Part shown: positions 1-5,046 of the stretch, one piece after another | Layout of the letters: each line of letters opens with the position of its first letter | How positions within the stretch are numbered: the first letter of the stretch is position 1 | Virus record (IMG/VR): IMGVR_UViG_3300011423_000027 | Span: 1-27,049 of that record | DNA from: a virus | Taxonomy: Duplodnaviria; Caudoviricetes | Length of the DNA: 27,049 nt | Strand: one strand, 5' to 3' | Notes under the pieces: model-generated | What the model was told of the DNA's origin: nothing | Seen by the model: only the letters and a program-made list of their open reading frames with translations | The model's database searches: none | Position numbers and translations under genes: made by a program

Positions 1-28
1 CGTCACAGCCTTCGAATGTGTGTGTCAC
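1..28 (-). CDS. Start of a further small ORF running off the window edge (MTHTFEGCD...)
   Basis: GTG at 28 overlaps the TGA of the previous ORF (GTGA), the same coupling pattern as the rest of the operon. Confidence 0.35.
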
Positions 29-219
29 GGCGCCAGGTCCTCCTCATCAGGCTCAAGGCGCAGCTCCTTCGCTGTTATCTCTTTGCGATACCCTTCGAGG
101 ATCTCGTCCAAAGAATCCCCGCCCCCGCAGTTCGGTGGGCAAGCCTGGGGGCGGGGCGCTTGTGGGTCTCGAATCCACGGCCAGGGGTCGACGTGGCGTG
201 GCACGGCGTGGTCGTTCAA
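25..219 (-). CDS. Small hypothetical phage protein (64 aa)
   Basis: TTG start overlapping the upstream stop (TTGA at 216-219); ends ...LDEILEGYRKEITAKELRLEPDEEDLAP. Confidence 0.55.
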   Translation of the reverse strand: MNDHAVPRHVDPWPWIRDPQAPRPQACPPNCGGGDSLDEILEGYRKEITAKELRLEPDEEDLAP

Positions 220-359
220 GGCCGTTGCTCCATTCTGTCCGCGGCGCTCTCCGCCTCGTAGCGATCTGCCTTCCCGGCAACAAAGAACACGACCACGAAG
301 AAGACGACAGACGCCGCGAGGAGAGTCACAACGATCCAATCGAAGAGGCGCGCGCTCAT
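216..359 (-). CDS. Small single-pass membrane protein (47 aa)
   Basis: ATGA overlap at 356-359; MSARLFDWIVVTLLAASVVFFVVVFFVAGK hydrophobic helix. Confidence 0.65.
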   Translation of the reverse strand: MSARLFDWIVVTLLAASVVFFVVVFFVAGKADRYEAESAADRMEQRP

Positions 360-502
360 GCTGCCCCCCACGCTGTGAGGTTCGAGAGGAGCCAGAGAAC
401 GAACGCCGCGCCCGTGGCGTAGCAGAGCCACATCCAGAAGCGGCAGCGCTTGCACGAGCCGCCTCGCCACGCCTTACGGTCGTCGCAGATCGGGCAGGTC
501 AT
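356..502 (-). CDS. Small zinc-ribbon + transmembrane protein (48 aa; not in the ORF track)
   Basis: MTCPICDDRKAWRGGSCKRCRFWMWLCYATGAAFVLWLLSNLTAWGAA*; CxxC...CxxC then a hydrophobic segment; ATGA overlaps at both ends. Confidence 0.65.
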   Translation of the reverse strand: MTCPICDDRKAWRGGSCKRCRFWMWLCYATGAAFVLWLLSNLTAWGAA

Positions 503-744
503 GGGGCCTCCGGCTGGGCGTTCCTCGCCTCTATCCCACGCGCCTGCTCCGCGTACGCATCCATCTCGGCCTCGCTCGGCTCCGCATCAACGATCTCCTG
601 GACTTCCGCGAACGCCTCGAGGAACTGCGTTAGCCGCCTCGTCGACGCCACGTCCGTGAAGATCGTCGTGAAGACCTCCGGGTTCGTGGCACTCCTGAGG
701 ATCACCAGATCACCTTCGAGCTCGACGGTGAACGTTGGCATCAT
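499..744 (-). CDS. Hypothetical acidic protein (81 aa)
   Basis: ATGA overlap at 741-744; MMPTFTVELEGDLVILRS...; globular-looking composition. Confidence 0.7.
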   Translation of the reverse strand: MMPTFTVELEGDLVILRSATNPEVFTTIFTDVASTRRLTQFLEAFAEVQEIVDAEPSEAEMDAYAEQARGIEARNAQPEAP

Positions 745-836
745 GGGAGCCACCCGAGCATGAAGCTGACGGCGAGCCCGATCGCGCAGCCGATCGAAAT
801 TCCGAGCACGTACAACGGCCAGTCACGCTTAATCAC
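741..836 (-). CDS. Small membrane peptide (31 aa)
   Basis: AGGAGG SD then GTG at 836; MIKRDWPLYVLGISIGCAIGLAVSFMLGWLP. Confidence 0.65.
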   Translation of the reverse strand: MIKRDWPLYVLGISIGCAIGLAVSFMLGWLP

Positions 837-1068
837 GGCTCCTCCTTCCGAGCGCGCGGTCGATGTTTGCCTTCGTCTGGGCGAAGCGTGCGGCGGCATC
901 GAGCCCGTGCTCTTCTTGCCGCGAGGCCTTCGCGTCCACCTCCCGCTTCTTCTGGTCGTACTCGGCAAGCACCGTCGAGACCTCCCACGCGAGCTTGGAG
1001 CAGCCGTTGATCGGGGCGCGCGCGAGGAGCCGCCCCATCTCGTCCGTGATCGTGCGCATGGACTTCAC
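829..1068 (-). CDS. Hypothetical helical protein (79 aa)
   Basis: GGAGG SD and GTGA overlap at 1065-1068; MKSMRTITDEMGRLLARAP... Confidence 0.65.
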   Translation of the reverse strand: MKSMRTITDEMGRLLARAPINGCSKLAWEVSTVLAEYDQKKREVDAKASRQEEHGLDAAARFAQTKANIDRALGRRSRD

Positions 1069-1310
1069 GACCGCCTCCTGTAGAGCCGACCGTCCGACAG
1101 CGAGCGGATCGCGCCGCCCATCAGGCCGCAGTAGATGGAGCGCTCGATGTCTTCGAGCTCGTAGGCTGCGAGCGCCGAGACGAGAGCCTCCCGCGTGAGG
1201 TAGTGCTCGCCAAGGAGCCGCATGACGCACTCGTGAGCGTCCGGGAGGCGGTTGCTGTAGAGGGAGGTCTCGGGTACGATCACGGCGCTTTGACTGGATT
1301 CAGCAGTCAT
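1065..1310 (-). CDS. Hypothetical protein, possibly a winged-helix DNA-binding protein (81 aa)
   Basis: ATG after the purine-rich GGAAAGGAAAG; helix-helix-helix-hairpin-like pattern (LTREALVSAL...EDIERSIYCGLMGGAIRSLSDGRLY). Confidence 0.65.
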   Translation of the reverse strand: MTAESSQSAVIVPETSLYSNRLPDAHECVMRLLGEHYLTREALVSALAAYELEDIERSIYCGLMGGAIRSLSDGRLYRRRS

Positions 1311-1323
1311 TAGCTTTCCTTTC

Positions 1324-1366
1324 CGGCCGAGGTCCCCGGAGCTTTCCAGGCAGGGGACCTCGGCCG
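1324..1366. repeat. Perfect 14-bp inverted repeat (stem-loop) just upstream of the small-gene operon RBS
   Basis: cggccgaggtcccc (1324-1337) / ggggacctcggccg (1353-1366), 15-nt loop. Confidence 0.85.
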
Positions 1367-1629
1367 TGTTGTTGTGGTTGAAGGTCGTCCACCACCGTTT
1401 CGTTCGGATGAAAAGAACCGGCGCGACTCCACGAGGAAAGAGGAAGAGCGCGCCGGTCCCCGAAAAGAAGTGAGCGAGGTAAAGAGCCCAGGAGAGGAGG
1501 CGGCTGGCGGATGGAGTGACCGCGTTCCCTTTACGGGGTGGATGCCAACCTGGGCCTGAATCTCAGGTTCGTCGGATGTCGGTCCGGTAGGTTCCCAACC
1601 AGCCGAACGAAAGGAATCCGAACGTCGGA

Positions 1630-1704
1630 GCGGGCGTAGCTCAGTGGCAGAGCGACGGCTTCCCAAGCCGTAGGTCGTGGGTTCGACCCCCATCGCCCGC
1701 TCCA
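1630..1704 (+). tRNA. tRNA-Gly (anticodon CCC), complete with encoded CCA
   Basis: GCGGGCG/CGCCCGC acceptor stem, GCTC/GAGC D-stem, ACGGC-TTCCCAA-GCCGT anticodon arm, GTGGG-TTCGACC-CCCAT T-arm, U discriminator + CCA, followed by a T-run. Confidence 0.97.
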
Positions 1705-1717
1705 GTTTTTTGTACCC

Positions 1718-1746
1718 TTGCGAAACCGTGGCAAGTGTTCCACAAT
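1718..1746 (+). promoter_or_regulatory. Putative sigma70-type promoter for the RHH-like gene (near-leaderless transcript)
   Basis: TTGCGA (1718-1723), 17 nt, CACAAT (1741-1746); ATG at 1755. Confidence 0.45.
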
Positions 1747-1754
1747 AGGAGCCA

Positions 1755-1988
1755 ATGAACGGAATGCCCTTGGCCGCGAAGAAACCCAAGTCCCAGTCGA
1801 GCGCGATGCGGCTTCCAAACGAGACCTGGGACTTGATTCGAGAGTTCTCGAAGGACTTCGGAGGAACCACAGCGCCTACAACGGTAACCCTGGCCTTTAG
1901 AGTTCTCAAGCACCTGAAGGACTCAGGGCACCTCGAAGACCTGAAACTCTCGCTTCTATCCACCTTTCCTCCTAACAGGAACAGGTAG
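1755..1988 (+). CDS. Small DNA-binding regulator, ribbon-helix-helix-like (77 aa)
   Basis: AGGAG upstream; basic N-terminus then SSAMRLPNETWDLIREFS...TTAPTTVTLAFRVL (strand-helix-helix pattern); lies between tRNA and integrase. Confidence 0.6.
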   Translation: MNGMPLAAKKPKSQSSAMRLPNETWDLIREFSKDFGGTTAPTTVTLAFRVLKHLKDSGHLEDLKLSLLSTFPPNRNR

Positions 1989-2015
1989 GAATCTTGCCAC
2001 AACCTTGCAACGAAG

Positions 2016-2894
2016 TCAAACCGGTTTCTCGGATTCTCCCAAGTAGCGCTCCATGCGAGAGATAGCGTCGACCTGCGCGGCCTGATCGACGATCGAGTAG
2101 CGCCGGTAGATCGAGTCCGAGGCCCACCCGGCCAGGCTCATGGTGATCGCGGAGGGGATCCCGGCCAGCATCTGGTACGTGGCAAAGCTTCGGCGTAGCC
2201 CGTGGACCTTTAGATCAGGCATGCCCACGGTCTTCGTCGCGGTCCTCCAAGCCTTCCTGAAGTCGCTCATCCGCTCGCCCGCGCGATGGAAGACGTAGGG
2301 GCACCCGGGCACCTTGGCGGCTTCCCTGCGCGAGAGCAACGCGACGAGCCTGCCGCTGATGGGGAAGTTCCGGACGCGGCGGCTCTTGTTCCTCAGCGGC
2401 TCGAGCGTGATGACCCGCTCCTCAAGTCTCACCTCCTTCCAGGTCAGGTGGAGCACCTCGGTCTTCCTCCAGCCCGTTAGGAAGGCGAAGAGAACGACGT
2501 CCGCGAGAAGCTGATGGCGCTTCGCGAGGTGCTCGAGGATGCGCCGCAGGGTCTCGGCGCAGCACCAGTCCGTACGCACCCCTTCGGCCTCGCTCCGCAT
2601 CTTGAAGCGCGGGACCCGCTCGATCCGCTCGGCGTCCAGGCATCGGTTCATCGCGGCACGCAGGTAGCCGAGCTCTCGGTTCACCGTCGATTGCGACGGA
2701 GGCCCTCCACGCGCGCTTCTCTCCTTCAGTCGGGCCGCGCGGTAGTCCTCGATCGTGTGGCCCCTGACCGACTCGACGGTGAGTGACCCGAGATGCCGAA
2801 GCACGTGTTTGACTTGACTTCGGACCTTAGAAACAACCGCGCCTTCGTGTTCAAGCTGGGAAAGGTAGAGCCCTATCAGGTCCGAAACGAGCAG
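2016..2894 (-). CDS. int: Tyrosine recombinase / phage integrase (start uncertain: CTG 2894 or GTG 2804)
   Basis: Catalytic motifs TGWRKTE (R), NKSRR (K), HGLRRS (HxxR), LAGW, IYRRY (Y); core-binding region TVNRELGYLRAAMN; frame open up to TAG at 2931-2933, GAGGAGG upstream of CTG 2894. Confidence 0.92.
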   Translation of the reverse strand: MLVSDLIGLYLSQLEHEGAVVSKVRSQVKHVLRHLGSLTVESVRGHTIEDYRAARLKERSARGGPPSQSTVNRELGYLRAAMNRCLDAERIERVPRFKMRSEAEGVRTDWCCAETLRRILEHLAKRHQLLADVVLFAFLTGWRKTEVLHLTWKEVRLEERVITLEPLRNKSRRVRNFPISGRLVALLSRREAAKVPGCPYVFHRAGERMSDFRKAWRTATKTVGMPDLKVHGLRRSFATYQMLAGIPSAITMSLAGWASDSIYRRYSIVDQAAQVDAISRMERYLGESEKPV

Positions 2895-2977
2895 AAGAGG
2901 GTCCTTCCTCCTCTTTCGCCTTTTCTTCGCCTAACTGCCACCAACCACGATTTGCTTTGAGTGTTCCCCGGCTTTGA

Positions 2978-3007
2978 ACCGTAGAATGACCGGCCGTTCT
3001 ATGTCAA
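2978..3007 (-). promoter_or_regulatory. Putative integrase promoter
   Basis: TTGACA (3007-3002), 18 nt, TACGGT (2983-2978) on the minus strand. Confidence 0.5.
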
Positions 3008-3036
3008 GAGTAAATTCACAACGGAGGCGGTCCAAC

Positions 3037-3486
3037 ATGCGTGCTCTCTTCTTCCTCGCGCTTCTCCTCTCGAGCTGCGCCGCGGTCGGCAACAAGGCCA
3101 TCACCGATCCGAAGGTCACCTCGAAGATCGAGAAGGGGAAGACCACGAAGGCGGAGATCTCGAAGCTACTCGGGAGCCCCTCGAGCGTGGACTTCTCGGA
3201 CGATGGCCGCTTCGAAAAGTGGGTCTACGTCTACACGAAGAGCCAGGTTCGAGGGGCGAGCTTCATCCCCATTGTTGGCTCCTTCGCCGGAGGTACGGAC
3301 GTGAGGATGGACACGCTCACAATCCAGTTCAGCGAAGCAGGCATCGTGCAGAACCTCGGGAAGGGCGTCACGACCGGCGGTGGCGGCGGGCTGCAGGACT
3401 CCGCGCAAGCAAGCGTGCCCATGAAGGAGCCCGTCGCCAGCAAGGAAGAGCCGAAGACGGCTTACGACCCGAACCCGTACCCGTGA
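3037..3486 (+). CDS. SmpA/OmlA (BamE-like) domain lipoprotein; moron-like, possible superinfection exclusion
   Basis: GGAGG SD, ATG 3037; signal peptide with lipobox LSSC; IEKGKTTKAEISKLLGSP...EKWVYVY...LTIQFSEAGIV matches the SmpA_OmlA pattern. Confidence 0.85.
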   Translation: MRALFFLALLLSSCAAVGNKAITDPKVTSKIEKGKTTKAEISKLLGSPSSVDFSDDGRFEKWVYVYTKSQVRGASFIPIVGSFAGGTDVRMDTLTIQFSEAGIVQNLGKGVTTGGGGGLQDSAQASVPMKEPVASKEEPKTAYDPNPYP

Positions 3487-3487
3487 C

Positions 3488-3592
3488 CTACCACCTCCGC
3501 CGCCGACGTCTCTTCGCGACGCAACTGACCAGCGCATCGGCGAAGAGCAGGAGCAGAATCCCGAAGAGGACGAAGAGGATTAGCTCGAGCAA
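3488..3592 (-). CDS. Tiny membrane peptide with poly-Arg tail (34 aa; not in the ORF track)
   Basis: TTG start; MLELILFVLFGILLLLFADALVSCVAKRRRRRRW*; fills the gap between two genes; weak SD. Confidence 0.45.
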   Translation of the reverse strand: MLELILFVLFGILLLLFADALVSCVAKRRRRRRW

Positions 3593-3595
3593 GCG

Positions 3596-4540
3596 TCAAT
3601 GCCCAAGGAAAACCTTCCGGTCCGTGGCCACGATCCCGGCCTGCGGCGTAGCCTCGACGATCGCGCTCGCTGCCGACTCGTTGAGCGAGGCATCGATCGC
3701 AGTCACGTAGAACTCGTACGGGATCCCGTCCGTGAGCCCGGCCACCTCGAGGTCCACGTCTGGAGCGTTTGTCTCTCCGTAGAACGTGAACGGGTTCGGC
3801 GGCGGCGCGGAGGTGCCGCCCTGGACGTTCCGCCCGAGCACCCCGCCGGGGAAGACCTGCGCCTCGTACTTCCCGCGCGTGCCCTGATCCGAGGGCCCCG
3901 ACGGCGAGCCAGATACGTCGGTGATGTGCCGGCCGTTCCCGCTCAGGTCCGGGAGGTACGTTAGGTTCCCGCCGTCGAGAAGATACTGGACGAGCGGACG
4001 CGAGATGCCACACATGACGGGCCAGCCCGCATAGCGCAGCGAGCGCACCTCGTTCTGGTTGATCTCGAAGTTGCCCCAGATGATCAGGTTCTCGAGGTCG
4101 ACCCGCCCCAGGTTGAGTGTTGGGGTCCTCGCGGCGACACATAGCGGCGTTGTCGCGTCGCCCGAGTCGTAATCCACGCTCACCTGCGCGGTTGTGTCGG
4201 TGGTGCCCTGACTGGTGCCGTCGACCCACATCTCCATCCCGAAGGAGCTCCCCGCCGCCCAGCGGCCGGCGACGTGATAGAGCTGCCCGGCCGTAGGGAC
4301 GAGCCCGGAGCGAAAGACGGCAACACCGCCACAGGTCACGCTCCAGCGAAATACGTTCGACGTGACGACCTTCCGCATCGAAACCTGGTTCGTCGCCCCG
4401 CGGTGGCTCCAGAGATATTGCTCCTGCGCGGAGTCGACCGTCTCGAATCGAACCCACGCCGAGAAAGAGAACGCGCTCACTCCGTTCATCCAGCTTGCGG
4501 ATGGGAACTGCGCGAATTTTGAGCTCGGGAAGCGGATCAC
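3596..4540 (-). CDS. LamG/concanavalin-A-like tail protein ending in the C-terminal half of an FN3 domain
   Basis: GTGA overlap at 4537-4540; AFSFSAWVRF, GQLYHVAGRW, MWVDG LamG motifs; GLTDGIPYEFYVTAIDASLNESAAS FN3 E-F-G strands. Confidence 0.85.
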   Translation of the reverse strand: MIRFPSSKFAQFPSASWMNGVSAFSFSAWVRFETVDSAQEQYLWSHRGATNQVSMRKVVTSNVFRWSVTCGGVAVFRSGLVPTAGQLYHVAGRWAAGSSFGMEMWVDGTSQGTTDTTAQVSVDYDSGDATTPLCVAARTPTLNLGRVDLENLIIWGNFEINQNEVRSLRYAGWPVMCGISRPLVQYLLDGGNLTYLPDLSGNGRHITDVSGSPSGPSDQGTRGKYEAQVFPGGVLGRNVQGGTSAPPPNPFTFYGETNAPDVDLEVAGLTDGIPYEFYVTAIDASLNESAASAIVEATPQAGIVATDRKVFLGH

Positions 4541-5043
4541 GCTTTGTCTGCTACGAAAAGAGCGCCAAGGATCAGCACGTCCGATCCGAGGAGGTCGGCC
4601 GCGTCCCCGGAGTCCCGACGCAGCCGAGCGATGATCGAGTTCCCGGCCGGCAGCGCCAGCGCCGTTAGGTCGATCGTCCGCAACGAGAGGAGCCCTGCGC
4701 CGTCGCTCGTGTCCGTCGTCGTCGTGGAGAAGTCCCACGCCGCGGGGTCAACGGTTCCGCCGCTCGCCACGACCTTCACGTCGAGGAAGAACTTGACGGC
4801 ATTCACCACGTCCGATGAGCTCGTGGTCCAGAGGACGCGGATCTTCCCGTTGGGCGTCGTCGCGTGGATCTCTGGCGGGATGATCGGGAGCCAGAGGATG
4901 AGATCAGCGATCTCGCCGTTCCGGAAACGTACACCGAACGGGTTAACGAGATTATTCGTGAGCGTGATGTGATCGAAAGTGGCGTTCGAGTTGACCGTCC
5001 TGTGGGGGCTGACGCGAAACTCGGTCCTGATCTCTTCGCTCAT
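4537..5043 (-). CDS. Beta-rich hypothetical virion/tail protein (168 aa)
   Basis: Tightly packed in the tail-tip cluster; alternating beta-strand pattern. Confidence 0.75.
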   Translation of the reverse strand: MSEEIRTEFRVSPHRTVNSNATFDHITLTNNLVNPFGVRFRNGEIADLILWLPIIPPEIHATTPNGKIRVLWTTSSSDVVNAVKFFLDVKVVASGGTVDPAAWDFSTTTTDTSDGAGLLSLRTIDLTALALPAGNSIIARLRRDSGDAADLLGSDVLILGALFVADKA

Positions 5044-5046
5044 GGG

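Larger units (their letters stand above)
1718..2010. repeat. Inverted pair of TTGC-N6-GTGGCAAG sites flanking the RHH-like gene
   Basis: ttgcgaaaccgtggcaag at 1718-1735 (+) and ttgcaaggttgtggcaag at 2010-1993 (-). Confidence 0.55.

Noticed and set aside
1310-2002. 230-aa minus-strand ORF
   Set aside because: Runs antisense through the tRNA and the RHH-like gene; Ser/Arg/Pro-rich with no motif
2931-2933. Genome-wide TAG recoding as the explanation for the stop upstream of the integrase
   Set aside because: Other long genes are not interrupted by TAG, and TAG ends the tape measure gene right before a gene with its own SD
3462-4738. 331-aa alternative-frame ORF, and the 4541-4738 N-terminal extension of the LamG ORF
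   Set aside because: Arg-rich off-frame sequence; a GTGA-coupled start at 4540 explains the gene layout
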